Shown: positions 26,631 through 36,789 of the stretch, piece after piece | Layout of the letters: every line of letters starts with the position of its first letter | How positions within the stretch are numbered: position 1 is the first letter of the stretch | Assembly: GCA_009841335.1 (NCBI GenBank) | Contig: VXLY01000028.1 | Location: forward strand, 3,313-67,312 | DNA length: 64,000 nucleotides | Direction of reading: 5' to 3' | Source of the DNA: Rhodothermaceae bacterium | GTDB taxonomy: Bacteria; Bacteroidota; Rhodothermia; Rhodothermales; Bin80 | The notes under the pieces: model-generated | Database searches by the model: none | Told to the model about the DNA's origin: nothing | What the model saw: the letters and a program-made list of their open reading frames with translations, nothing else | Made by a program: the position numbers and the translations under genes

Positions 26631-29231
26631 CTACATTTCCTGCCGGTCCACAATGACTGTGGAGGCTTCTCCCTGCGGAAACGTTCGCCCATCAGCAAAC
26701 TCCGCTTCCCCGTAACCATGTAGTACAAGCCGATTCAACTCAATGGGACCATTGGCCGGATACAATTCAAGGGACATCTGCGATCCGCCACCAGCAATCG
26801 TTACACTTCCATATTGGTATCCGTTTGACCAGAAGTAGGTACCGGGCCTTGGATTGAACCCCATGCGATGTTCTACCGCAGAGTACTGAAAGCCCGTGTA
26901 AGCCAGCAGCCCGGCCCACGCGGCCATAGCCCGTGAATATCGGTGGCCATACTCACCTTCATTGAACGGATTGCGCTTGCGGCCATCATAGCGGTCCCGA
27001 ATGGCCCGAAACACCTTCAGACCCGCATCCTCTTGACCTTCGTAAATCATGTGGGCTGCGGTACTGTACTCAAAGCCAGTCATGATCTCCGTGTAATATG
27101 GGAAGGGGAAATCAAGCAGGTCTCCACGCGGATAGCTGGCCATAAGCAGACCTGCCTCGCTGCCTAGACCAAAGCTCCGAAAGGTGTTGAAGTGTTCATT
27201 GAAGTTGTCAATGTAGTTGTACTTCATTATGCTGCGCAGCGTGGTCTGCACGTTTTCCTTGTTAAGGAGGTGTCCCAGGCCTGCCGTGTGCGCCAAATAT
27301 TGTCCGACCAGTTGGTCAACTAGACACCCCTTGCCCAACTGTGCCACGGTGCTGGTGCCCTCCGGTATATGATGCTCGTAGTATTCACCGTTGAAGATAT
27401 TGTCGTCTATCCAAGCACTGCCCCGCTCAAATAGGTCTCTGGTTTCCTCAGCAAAAGCATCGTCTCCCAGGTATCGCGCCATTTCCTCTGAGGCCCGCAG
27501 TGCACCCAGATACCAGCCGGCCATCTGAGGATTTGGCCCCAGATAGTTGATGTCCATTGTGTTGTGCTGGCTGCCTTCCATCACTCCATCCTTGTCCTGA
27601 TCCCAAATGCCTGTCCAGGCAAAACTCATGGACTTACGGATGTTGGGCCACATCCGACGGAGCATTTCATCATCTCCTGACAGCTGCCAGTCGCGATATA
27701 CCTTGATCAACGTTCCCATCTGCCCGTCGGCCGCCCAGCGTTGGAAGCTCCGGGCCCGAAGTTCAATGGGAAGTCCGACGCGATGGCTCATGGCCCCATC
27801 GTCATTGACCGAATGCACGAATTCCACCTCCCGGAACCGCTTGGACAGGTCCCCAAACAGAAATGGGACGGTGGACTCGTAATTCCACACATGAAAGCAC
27901 GTCCCGAACCCCCATCCAGAACTGCGGGATGCCCCGATCTTCGTCCCGATGATACTCCCGGTTCCCTCAAATCCGTATGGAAGTCCATCGGCAGTTCTGA
28001 AAACCGTCTGGCTCCGCAGGTGGTTGAGATTAAAGAGTCCCGCCTCTTTGAGCACCTCCGGGGCGTCGCTGTTTACGAGCGTACGTACAAAACGCACAGT
28101 TTCTGCTTCCAGACTCTCCAGTGCCGAGGCGGTGCGCACGGCGACATCCCAGGCGTCTTCATACAGCGTCGTGTAGTAATTGCCAACGATTTCGGGGCCG
28201 CCGAATTGTCCGGCGTGATGAACGCCATGATCCCACGCACGCCGATTCGGAAAATGCCAGGTCAGCATGAATGTGATTGCACGTTCCTCGCCCGGCGCGA
28301 GCTCAACTTTAGCGGCAAGGGTTGCCGGCGGCGTCTGAATGATATGGGCCGTGTCGGGATGATCCGTAAGCTCACCATCTTCAATAAAGTCATCCCAGAA
28401 TTCGCGGAACGTCCAATTCCACGCCAGCGGATCCCATGAAGTACGGTAAGTGACCGGACTGGCCGTGGTCGTCAGTGCCATGGTGCCCCAGTTTACATCC
28501 AAGGAATCAACACCATCCGATGTCATGTAGACCCCTCTGATGCCCCCGTCCGTACGAAACGAATTCACATTCCTGTCCGGCGTACCAGTCCAGCCATCAG
28601 CTCCGATGTAATTGGGTACCATACCAACCACGGCCGCCTCCACCGAGTCCTGGGTCGGGTTGGCCAGCACGTACCGAAGAATCGCGACTGGGATACCACT
28701 TTGCTCGGCATCGCCAACAAGCAGCGGGTTGAATGCTTCTAGACGTACGTCCAGTTGTACATTTTGATGCTCAAACGACACCTGCGCCAACGGGTAGGCG
28801 GCCTCAAATGTAGTGGACTCAAAACGGGGGAAACCCGAATTAACGGCATCCGCACCCCAGTCACCGCTGTGCTCCTTAGCCGCTACGGGACCCTCCAGCA
28901 CCCGAACCTGACCCGGGGTGTCCGGCGTCCGATAATAGAGTGCAAAGAACGGCCCGTTGGCAATGGTTGGCTGGACCAACTTAAAGGCAGGCAGGTAACC
29001 CAGCGCGCCGCGATTCATGATTTCCCAGTCCCGCAGGTCTCCGCGCCCTCCGAGGGATACCGTCCCGGTTCCAATACCCCCTAGCGGCATTGCAACTTCG
29101 TCCAGATAGGCCCCTGAATATGTCTTCAGTACGGGCCAGCCGGTCTGAGCATCCGGCCGGGAGCAGGCGGCTACGGTTACCAACAGGAAAAGAGCAATCC
29201 ACGGTGCAGGCTTCATAGTTGTTAAAGGCAT
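26631..29231 (-). CDS. glycoside hydrolase family 116-like (GBA2-type beta-glycosidase), lipoprotein
   Basis: 866 aa. Lipobox LLVTVAAC. The N-terminal-domain hallmark [27 protein letters not shown] is followed by a large (alpha/alpha)6 catalytic region, typical of GH116/non-lysosomal glucosylceramidase-like proteins. Confidence 0.8.
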   Translation of the reverse strand: MPLTTMKPAPWIALFLLVTVAACSRPDAQTGWPVLKTYSGAYLDEVAMPLGGIGTGTVSLGGRGDLRDWEIMNRGALGYLPAFKLVQPTIANGPFFALYYRTPDTPGQVRVLEGPVAAKEHSGDWGADAVNSGFPRFESTTFEAAYPLAQVSFEHQNVQLDVRLEAFNPLLVGDAEQSGIPVAILRYVLANPTQDSVEAAVVGMVPNYIGADGWTGTPDRNVNSFRTDGGIRGVYMTSDGVDSLDVNWGTMALTTTASPVTYRTSWDPLAWNWTFREFWDDFIEDGELTDHPDTAHIIQTPPATLAAKVELAPGEERAITFMLTWHFPNRRAWDHGVHHAGQFGGPEIVGNYYTTLYEDAWDVAVRTASALESLEAETVRFVRTLVNSDAPEVLKEAGLFNLNHLRSQTVFRTADGLPYGFEGTGSIIGTKIGASRSSGWGFGTCFHVWNYESTVPFLFGDLSKRFREVEFVHSVNDDGAMSHRVGLPIELRARSFQRWAADGQMGTLIKVYRDWQLSGDDEMLRRMWPNIRKSMSFAWTGIWDQDKDGVMEGSQHNTMDINYLGPNPQMAGWYLGALRASEEMARYLGDDAFAEETRDLFERGSAWIDDNIFNGEYYEHHIPEGTSTVAQLGKGCLVDQLVGQYLAHTAGLGHLLNKENVQTTLRSIMKYNYIDNFNEHFNTFRSFGLGSEAGLLMASYPRGDLLDFPFPYYTEIMTGFEYSTAAHMIYEGQEDAGLKVFRAIRDRYDGRKRNPFNEGEYGHRYSRAMAAWAGLLAYTGFQYSAVEHRMGFNPRPGTYFWSNGYQYGSVTIAGGGSQMSLELYPANGPIELNRLVLHGYGEAEFADGRTFPQGEASTVIVDRQEM

Positions 29232-29456
29232 AGCGATGGTAATGTGCTGGTATATTCAAATGCCGGGATCCACGTTACGCGCAGGACTCAGTGTCAAAAC
29301 AGCGCAGGGGCCCGCAATAATTGCAAAGGCGGTGAGTATCGGTACGAACGTCCCATGCAATATAAAGTATTCGCGATCGCGAATTGTTGCATGTTTGTCT
29401 CCGGCTCAGGGCAGAGTTGAACGCGTGGAGAAAGGGATCTAATTGGTGACCGGATC

Positions 29457-29650
29457 ATGATGGCTTCTGCGGAAAAAAAAGCGCAACGTGACGATCTACT
29501 GGGAAACGAAACGCGTGGCGGCGGACAAGTGGGTATAATCCTGGCCGTGCAATTCATCCCGGCGAAAGCGCATGACAGCAAGGGCTTGGTGCCCCTGGTC
29601 AAGAAGGTGCGTAAGCAGCGCAGCCAGGAGGTGTTGGTAGAGAAGGGGCA
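29457..29650 (+). pseudogene. decayed IS4/IS5-family transposase fragment
   Basis: The translation GIILAVQFIPAKAHDSKGLVPLVKKVRKQRSQEVLVEKGHKSEEI resembles the central DDE region of IS4/IS5 transposases (..ilav.vTpAnvhDsk.l..Ll........vlaDKGYdS..). The catalytic DKGY is changed to EKGH. There is no N- or C-terminal domain and no intact ends. Confidence 0.5.
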
Positions 29651-29888
29651 CAAAAGCGAAGAGATTGGCGCGCTACCGCCTCCAGTACTTGCTTTGCACA
29701 TTCAATCTGCGACCCTTTCATTTGCGTACTCCCCGAAGATCTTTCAGGCTGCAGTAACGGCGGAAACGAATCCAAAATCTTCGCAATATTCAATATTGTC
29801 CTCTTGTAGTATTCTTCTCTAATCATTTAAGTGCCATATTTCAACAGTCTCATACTATATTTCCAGACCTTGAATCTCTCAAAACGTT

Positions 29889-31151
29889 TTGATCAGGCTT
29901 CTATGTCTCGGTGACGCACACCTGGGGCGATATCCGTCCAGGGTCCCGTCTGGTGAAAACTCGCTTTCAGTGCGTGCGATCTGGGAGCGGGCGGTCTCAA
30001 CCGCCATTGAAGAGCGCGTTGATGCCGTAATTCTCACTGGGGATATGGCCGACAACAAGAACGCCTATTTCGAAGCCTATGGTGCACTTCGGAAGGGAAT
30101 TACCCAACTCAGTCAAATAGGTATCCCAGTCGTAGCAGTTGCCGGCAATCACGATTATGATGTCTTTCCTCAACTTGCCGAATCAATGCCCGGGGATACT
30201 TTCACGCTTCTTGGGCGTGACGGCATTTGGAATGACACGGTGCTAAAGACGCGTTCTGGCCGCAACCTCCGTTGTGTGGGGTGGTCATTTCCAAGTTCCC
30301 ACTATGATCGTTCCCCCTTGGACTCACTTGGGCTTAGCCAAAGCAACGACTTCACGATTGGTATTGTACATGGTGATTTGGACACGCAAAGCGTGTATGC
30401 TCCACTTGCCTCACAGGACCTGGTTGACCAACCTGTGGATTTATGGCTGCTCGGACATGTGCATGCCCCTAAGTTGTACTGTGATCACAGAGTTCCCATA
30501 CTCTATCCAGGATCACCTCAACCCCTTGATCCTGGAGAGCCCGGCACTCATGGACCCTGGATGATCACAATCAGCGAGGACAATCAAATTAGTCCTGTAC
30601 AACTGCCACTTGCTTCCGTGCGATATGAAACCATTCCGGTTGATGTATCTGCTGCGGTGCAGATCAGCGATGTAAAAACCCTAGTCGCTGAACAGCTTGA
30701 GCAGCGGGGCAGTGAACTGATCGAAAGCCACCCGAACCTTCTATATCTATCGTGCCGCCCTGTTCTAACTGGACAAACACGGCTTCACCGTAGACTCTCT
30801 ATCGAGGGAATCGCTGATGTTTATGATCTTGACGTTCAAGTGAGTGAATGCAGCATCACTGTAGATAAAGTATTTATTGAGACCTCACCAATCCGAGACC
30901 TGAATGAGATCGCACAACTCAATAACGACCCCCCAGGCATTCTTGCTCGGTGGATACTGGAACTAACTGACGGCGGAGATCACATCTTGCTTGATCCTGC
31001 TCGTAAGTCTTCTGCAGCCGTGTATAATAGTGCTGGATTTAAGACTCTCCGCGAAAAGGAACCCGATGCAGCGACGCTCTCCAGATTGGTGATTCAGCAG
31101 AGTATGCTGCTCCTTGACGAACTTCTTGCACAGAAAGAGGAAAATGACTGA
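29889..31151 (+). CDS. Mre11/SbcD-like metallophosphoesterase (YhaO-like DNA repair exonuclease family)
   Basis: All calcineurin-like phosphoesterase motifs are in order: LGDAHLG, ILTGDMADN, VAGNHDY, IVHGDL, LLGHVHAP. These are followed by a 190-aa C-terminal domain. The start is a TTG at 29889 (no in-frame ATG near the motif-I position). The stop overlaps the ATG of the ATPase (ATGACTGA). Confidence 0.8.
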   Translation: MIRLLCLGDAHLGRYPSRVPSGENSLSVRAIWERAVSTAIEERVDAVILTGDMADNKNAYFEAYGALRKGITQLSQIGIPVVAVAGNHDYDVFPQLAESMPGDTFTLLGRDGIWNDTVLKTRSGRNLRCVGWSFPSSHYDRSPLDSLGLSQSNDFTIGIVHGDLDTQSVYAPLASQDLVDQPVDLWLLGHVHAPKLYCDHRVPILYPGSPQPLDPGEPGTHGPWMITISEDNQISPVQLPLASVRYETIPVDVSAAVQISDVKTLVAEQLEQRGSELIESHPNLLYLSCRPVLTGQTRLHRRLSIEGIADVYDLDVQVSECSITVDKVFIETSPIRDLNEIAQLNNDPPGILARWILELTDGGDHILLDPARKSSAAVYNSAGFKTLREKEPDAATLSRLVIQQSMLLLDELLAQKEEND

Positions 31152-33906
31152 GTCTCTTGTCTTCAAGGAGGTCCGGATTGAGCGGATGTACGGCTTACCC
31201 TTTGACCTTTACCTCTCAGAACTGTCCCCACACCTAAATATTGTATTTGGCCCGAATGGGTCAGGAAAGACCACCATCGCCAACGCGCTGAATGGCCTGC
31301 TTCTGCCAAGTACAGGGCGTGCAGTGAAACTGTATGGACAGGCAAACCTGGGCTTCGGTAGTCAGACACTTTATCTGGACGTAAATGGGACGCGTGCAGA
31401 ATGCAGGATCAATGCGAGAACGGTTGATCAAAGCGAACTCTCGCAGTTCCTGCGACCCAAAAGCTATCACCTATCCTTGCAGGAACTGCTCCCCGAAAAA
31501 AATGACGATAATGATCTTGCCCGGGAAATCATCAAGCAAGCCAATGGTGGATTTGACATTGTAGCTGCGGGCAAGAAACTTGGTTTTAACCTCCAGAAAC
31601 GCTACAACAAAACAAATGAAGCCAAAGAGTTCGAATCGATCAGCAAGAAATTGCGATCTGTTGTTCAAGAACAGAACAGTCTTCAACAACAGAAAAATCA
31701 GCGTCAAAACGTCATTCACGAGCTTGGTCTAAGTCTGGAAGCCGGCCGTCGCGCGGAATTGATCGCAAAAATAATTCAATGGCGCAGTGCTGAAGCCGAG
31801 TACCAAAAAGCCCACGCCGATGCAGAATCCTACCCTCGTGTTATCCGATCCAGTCAGAACCTAACTGACGCAGTAAAGAACGCACAGGAGCTAACCAGGT
31901 CTATTGATCGCCTGAAAGGAGAGGCGGATGAAGGACTCCGAACTATTGAACGTGTGCAAAAAAACCTTGAAGGGAACCGTCTCTCACCGGATGGTCTCGA
32001 ACCCGGTGCGCTGCAGCTGCTGATCACTCAGGTTCGTGATTTTTCCGAAAAATCCCGTAAGCTCGAAGAACTGAAAGAAACGCACCAAGCCGCTGAAAAA
32101 CAGGCCATGGATGCCTGGAAAAGGCTGGGAGGCCTCTTGCCTGAAGGATGGCAGCCTGTATTTACCCGAGAAAACCTTGCACAACTGCAAAGCTATGCGA
32201 AAAACCTAGGTTTACACACCCAGGAGAAACAAGCACTGGAAAAGTTAAAGATCTTGCTTGGAGCAGACCATACCACGCATCAAGATGCGGACGGCAACAG
32301 GCTTCGCGATGCGCAGCGGGATATTCTGCAATGGATCCTGGCCCTGAGAGAAGAATCTCCTCAACGAAAGAGGATCCTCTCGATTCTCTTGGGCGCGACC
32401 TTCGCTTCTGTACTTATGTCTGTGGGACTCGGGATTGCGATTCATCCTGGCGGATTTCTGGGACTGATTATCAGCCTACTGATCGGGTGGGCATATACCC
32501 TTGTACGTTCAGAGCATCAACCGCAGATATCCTCCCCGCAAAAAGATAATATTAAGCGCTACCTTCCCGAACTGCCCGATAATCCCGACCCGGACACCCT
32601 GCAAGCGGGGCTTGATCAACTGACTGAGCAACGCTCACAGGTACAGTTAGACATGCTCAAACTGAATGAATCCAGTCGGATAGAGCGATCTCTTGAAAGC
32701 ATGTCCGTGCAACAGTCCAAGTTAGAAGCACAGAATGAAGAACTAATAAATCGGATCAATATTGACCCACCAAATGATGTAATCTCCCTGATTGAGCTGG
32801 TTGGCAGCATCCTTAGCTGGCAGGAGTTTGATGATAAAGCAAGAGAACTGACAAACAGATGCGAACAGGTATCTGAGACCTACCGTACCCTTGCGGAAAC
32901 AGTAGGCAACACGTTTGAGCAATACGGATACGAAAAACCCGTCAACCCAAATGATGCCGAGCGATTGCTTGATATCATCAGAAATGACGATGATGCAGCC
33001 AAACGTGACCATGCCCGGCTGACACAGGAAAAAAGAGGAGCGGAAACAACGCAGCGCAACCTGGAACTTCATGAATCCCAGTATGCAAAACTGTTCGATG
33101 ACCTGGAGCTTGAAGTTGGGGATCTATCCGGTCTGGCGGCCAGTGCAAGGCAGTTCTCAGAATGGGAAGAAGCAAACTCCCGTAGGAACAACCTAAAGGT
33201 TAGAGCGAACACGTTACGCCCCTCATCAGAGGATCTGCGTGAACATGAATCACTACTGGAACTCGAAAATATTGAGGATGAACTCGCATCTGCACAGAAA
33301 ATAGCTGCACAAGCAAGGGAGTTGCAAGATCATCTCACCAGGCTTGACGCGGAGATTGAACGCACTGAAAAAGGGCGTTCACTGGAAAATGCCTTGGTAG
33401 AAAAAGAGAACAAACGTGTGGAGCTCGAGAACGTACGGAATCGAAAAGCGGCCAGAGCAGTCGGCCAGGCCATACTGGATACCCTCCGCGACAGTGCAAT
33501 CAGTAATGCACCCCCGGTATTTCAGCGTGCACAAGAGAATTTTGAACGAGTCACCGATAGCCGGTATACCCTCGGTATCCCCGAAGACAATACCTTCAGA
33601 GCAAGGGATCATCAACTTGATCGTGACTTTGATCTAACAAAGTTGTCCAGTGCTACGAGAGTCCAGCTTCTCCTGTCCGTGCGCCTCGCATTCGTAGAGA
33701 CGCAGGAAACCAATTACCGGTTACCACTAACTCTGGACGAAACACTAGCCAATAGTGATGATCCGCGCGCGCAGGCTATCATCAAGACCATGTCAACCCT
33801 GGCAGCCAACCGCCAGGTCTTCTACTTCACGGCCCAGGAAGACGAAGTGAATAAATGGAAAGATTACGTCCCTGCTGACCTATTGCATGTGCACAACATT
33901 GGTTAG
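31144..33906 (+). CDS. Rad50/SbcC/SMC-like ABC ATPase with central two-helix membrane hairpin (YhaN-like)
   Basis: Walker A is FGPNGSGKTT near the N-terminus. There are long heptad-rich Glu/Lys/Gln/Leu stretches. Two hydrophobic helices, ILSILLGATFASVLMSVGLGIAI and GGFLGLIISLLIGWAYTLV (about nt 32374-32505), lie mid-protein. At the C-terminus are the signature-like LSSATRVQLLLSVRLAF, Walker B LPLTLDETLANSD, then VFYFTAQ. The ATG at 31144 is preferred over the ORF-track start at 31114. Confidence 0.8.
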   Translation: MTESLVFKEVRIERMYGLPFDLYLSELSPHLNIVFGPNGSGKTTIANALNGLLLPSTGRAVKLYGQANLGFGSQTLYLDVNGTRAECRINARTVDQSELSQFLRPKSYHLSLQELLPEKNDDNDLAREIIKQANGGFDIVAAGKKLGFNLQKRYNKTNEAKEFESISKKLRSVVQEQNSLQQQKNQRQNVIHELGLSLEAGRRAELIAKIIQWRSAEAEYQKAHADAESYPRVIRSSQNLTDAVKNAQELTRSIDRLKGEADEGLRTIERVQKNLEGNRLSPDGLEPGALQLLITQVRDFSEKSRKLEELKETHQAAEKQAMDAWKRLGGLLPEGWQPVFTRENLAQLQSYAKNLGLHTQEKQALEKLKILLGADHTTHQDADGNRLRDAQRDILQWILALREESPQRKRILSILLGATFASVLMSVGLGIAIHPGGFLGLIISLLIGWAYTLVRSEHQPQISSPQKDNIKRYLPELPDNPDPDTLQAGLDQLTEQRSQVQLDMLKLNESSRIERSLESMSVQQSKLEAQNEELINRINIDPPNDVISLIELVGSILSWQEFDDKARELTNRCEQVSETYRTLAETVGNTFEQYGYEKPVNPNDAERLLDIIRNDDDAAKRDHARLTQEKRGAETTQRNLELHESQYAKLFDDLELEVGDLSGLAASARQFSEWEEANSRRNNLKVRANTLRPSSEDLREHESLLELENIEDELASAQKIAAQARELQDHLTRLDAEIERTEKGRSLENALVEKENKRVELENVRNRKAARAVGQAILDTLRDSAISNAPPVFQRAQENFERVTDSRYTLGIPEDNTFRARDHQLDRDFDLTKLSSATRVQLLLSVRLAFVETQETNYRLPLTLDETLANSDDPRAQAIIKTMSTLAANRQVFYFTAQEDEVNKWKDYVPADLLHVHNIG

Positions 33907-34110
33907 TCCTATCTTGACCATCAGGAACTGCAGCAGACAATCCATTCCGTAGCACATTGGCCTGTAGTATTACTTGACAGACATGGCAGGAAGACTTGAT
34001 TTTGTACCGAGCCCTGATTTGGGCGTTGCAAAATGGTACTGTGTCACAGAACAATCCCGAATTTCGTGTTGGAAGTAAAGAGGCCAATACTATTTGTATG
34101 AATAACCAAG

Positions 34111-36789
34111 ATGATTAGAACTACTACCATTACTCTTCTCGCCGGACTCCTTGTATCCGGCTGCACTTCTCCGTCGACAACTAATGTCACATCGGACCTC
34201 CCTGACGATCTTGAGCGAGTCTGGATCGGATCCGATTTCTATGCTAATCGCCTGATGGATTGGCGCTACGCCAACGGTCGCATTGAATGTATTGAGGGCA
34301 GAAGTGCCAAACCAATGAGAACGCTTCATCTGCTCACTCATTATCTGGGGGCCGAGGCAGGAGAGTTGTCCATGTCAGTTCGGACGGGAGCATTATCACC
34401 GACAGACAGTGCGCATAGTAATACGTGGTCAGGTTTTCTGCTTGGTGCAGGAGGGCCCGATGTGGATTGGAGGATTTCGAGCCTTGTTCACCATTGGCCC
34501 GCCGAAGATGGAGGGCTGATCGTGGGTGTAGACGGTCAGGGACAAATCATTGTCCGGTCCAATACCAATGCGGATGCCCCAAAAGGCCCACGGGCTAATT
34601 TTCCTGTTGAGGCTTGGCCCCTCATTGAACCCGAGACCTCCACAGATAATCTGCCAGCGGGTGATCCTGTGAATTTGAGCATAAAAGCCAGCCCATCAGA
34701 AAACAACTACGATTTATTCGTTACCGCCTCAGATCCAGATACCGAGGAGGTATTGGCCGAGGCACGATACACCGGGTTACCCGATAACTATTTCGTGGGC
34801 AATGTAGCACTGGTGAGCCATAACAGTCCTCTTATGGAAGGGGAAGGCTACTGGTTTGACGACTGGATGATTGAGGGTTCGAAATTCCTGTATGATGACG
34901 CGCGGGCATTCGGCCCCATACTTGCGGCTCTGTATTCCGTGAGCGACGGGACGCTGAAGATGACCGTACAAATGCCTCCGATTGGGGAAAACGATACGCC
35001 TACGGTTGGGCTGGAGCTCATGCTCAACGGAGATTGGGAGCACTCGGCAAGTGCTGCAATCATACCTGGCAGCTATACTGCCCCTCTCCGCGTGGACGAT
35101 TTTGAGGCGAGTACCGATGTACGCTATCGGCTGACCTACGATCTACGCACCGCAAACGGCACAGAGCGCGTACATTTTCCTGGAACGGTGCGTATGGCAC
35201 AGATTGAGGATGATGAATTTGTTCTGGCCTCACTAAACTGCCAGAATATTTCTAGGGGACGGGATCTGGTATGGAATCACAGTACGATCTGGTATCCACA
35301 TAATGAGCTCACGGCTGCTGTGGCCCACCATGATCCTGACTTACTCTTTTTCGCCGGGGATCAGATCTACGAAGGCGGGCTTGCAGGAATAATTCGTTCC
35401 CCCCTTGACAAGACATACCTGGACTATCACTACCACTGGTACAGGTTCCTTTGGGCTTTCAGAGATTTGATGCGTGATCGCCCCACCGTGACGATCCCGG
35501 ACGACCATGATGTATATCATGGAAATATCTGGGGGCATGGTGGCAAAAAGGCCGAGGGACCCTGGAGGCCACAGTCCGATAACGGTGGCTACATCATGGA
35601 TGCCCGTTTTGTCAACGCTGTCCACGAAACACAGGTCTCCCATTTGCCCGATCCCTTTGACCCCACCCCTATTGAACAGGATATCAGCGTCTACTATACG
35701 AATCTGAACTATGGTGATATCAGCTTCGCCATCGTGGCAGACCGTATGTGGAAATCAGCCCCCCGCCTAGTCCTTCCAGAGGCTCAGGTGCGCAATGGTT
35801 GGCCAGAAAACCGAGATTACGACGCAACCTCAGTCACAGAAGCACAACTCCTAGGGCCGCGACAACTCAAGTTCCTGAACCAGTGGGCCCACCAGTTCCC
35901 TGATAATGTCTGGATGAAAGTGATGCTATCTCAGACCTTGTTCAGCAACCTGGCTACGCTACCCAGTGGATCATTTGACGATCGCGTCGTTCCACAGATG
36001 AGATACGCCGAGCCAGGCGAATACATCGGTGACGACCATAAAGGCACAGACATGGACTCAAATGGTTGGCCACAAAGCGGGCGTAACCGTGCGTTAACGG
36101 CCATTCGGAAAGGGTTCGCATTTCACGTCGCTGGCGATCAGCATCTGGGTAGTTTCGTGCAGTATGGCATTGATGAATTTGGGGATGGCCCTAATGCGTT
36201 CATATCGCCCGCGATCGCCAATGTGTGGCCTCGGCGCTGGTTTCCGCCGGAGCCCGGCGGTAATCGTAAACCGGGAGCTCCGGCCTACACCGGTGACCAC
36301 CTGGATGGATTCGGTAATCACATGACCGTTCATGCCGTAGCCAATCCGGTCAAGAGCGGCCGCGCACCAGAAGCACTCTATGATCGTGTACCCGGCTATG
36401 GAATTATTCGTTTTAATCGAGATTCCCGTACAATTACTGCAGAGGCATGGCCACGCTGGGTTGATCCGGCGAGTGAGGAAGCCTATCAGTATTCAGACTG
36501 GCCCGTGACTGTCACTCAGGAGAGCAATTACGGCCGACAGGCTGCCGGGCATTTGCCCCCGATCTATGTCGAGGGACTAACCGAGCCAGTATTAACACTG
36601 ATTGATGAAACCACAATGGATACGCTTTACACGCTCCGCCTGTCGACACTGCCGTTCAGAGCAAAAGTTTTTGATTCCGGCAGCTCATATACTGCTGTAG
36701 TCGGAGATCAATCCATACATGAAACGCGTCTGACCGGACTGCGTGTAGATGCAGCGGAAAACCCCGAAACATTGGTGATCACATTTTGA
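34111..36789 (+). CDS. PhoD-like metallophosphatase lipoprotein with about 330-aa N-terminal domain of unknown function
   Basis: Lipobox LLAGLLVSGC. The C-terminal two-thirds carries FFAGDQIYEGG and IPDDHDVYHGNIWGHGG motifs, resembling the PhoD/metallophosphatase superfamily. The stop overlaps the TTG start of the next sulfatase. Confidence 0.55.
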   Translation: MIRTTTITLLAGLLVSGCTSPSTTNVTSDLPDDLERVWIGSDFYANRLMDWRYANGRIECIEGRSAKPMRTLHLLTHYLGAEAGELSMSVRTGALSPTDSAHSNTWSGFLLGAGGPDVDWRISSLVHHWPAEDGGLIVGVDGQGQIIVRSNTNADAPKGPRANFPVEAWPLIEPETSTDNLPAGDPVNLSIKASPSENNYDLFVTASDPDTEEVLAEARYTGLPDNYFVGNVALVSHNSPLMEGEGYWFDDWMIEGSKFLYDDARAFGPILAALYSVSDGTLKMTVQMPPIGENDTPTVGLELMLNGDWEHSASAAIIPGSYTAPLRVDDFEASTDVRYRLTYDLRTANGTERVHFPGTVRMAQIEDDEFVLASLNCQNISRGRDLVWNHSTIWYPHNELTAAVAHHDPDLLFFAGDQIYEGGLAGIIRSPLDKTYLDYHYHWYRFLWAFRDLMRDRPTVTIPDDHDVYHGNIWGHGGKKAEGPWRPQSDNGGYIMDARFVNAVHETQVSHLPDPFDPTPIEQDISVYYTNLNYGDISFAIVADRMWKSAPRLVLPEAQVRNGWPENRDYDATSVTEAQLLGPRQLKFLNQWAHQFPDNVWMKVMLSQTLFSNLATLPSGSFDDRVVPQMRYAEPGEYIGDDHKGTDMDSNGWPQSGRNRALTAIRKGFAFHVAGDQHLGSFVQYGIDEFGDGPNAFISPAIANVWPRRWFPPEPGGNRKPGAPAYTGDHLDGFGNHMTVHAVANPVKSGRAPEALYDRVPGYGIIRFNRDSRTITAEAWPRWVDPASEEAYQYSDWPVTVTQESNYGRQAAGHLPPIYVEGLTEPVLTLIDETTMDTLYTLRLSTLPFRAKVFDSGSSYTAVVGDQSIHETRLTGLRVDAAENPETLVITF

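Noticed and set aside
26402-26723. ORFs flanking the IS (26402..26656, 26487..26723, 23407..23628) as a gene disrupted by the insertion
   Set aside because: Joining the flanks after removing the IS and one TSD copy does not create a convincing ORF. The translations look non-coding, so the IS appears to have landed in intergenic DNA.
29294-29826. Minus-strand ORFs 29294..29701 and 29599..29826
   Set aside because: They overlap the plus-strand transposase relic and the conserved promoter block and have no motifs, so I regard them as spurious.
34085-34100. Bacteroidetes-type TAnnTTTG promoter element upstream of the PhoD-like gene (TACTATTTG)
   Set aside because: The spacing does not fit the consensus (three rather than two variable positions), and it lies only about 15 nt from the ATG.
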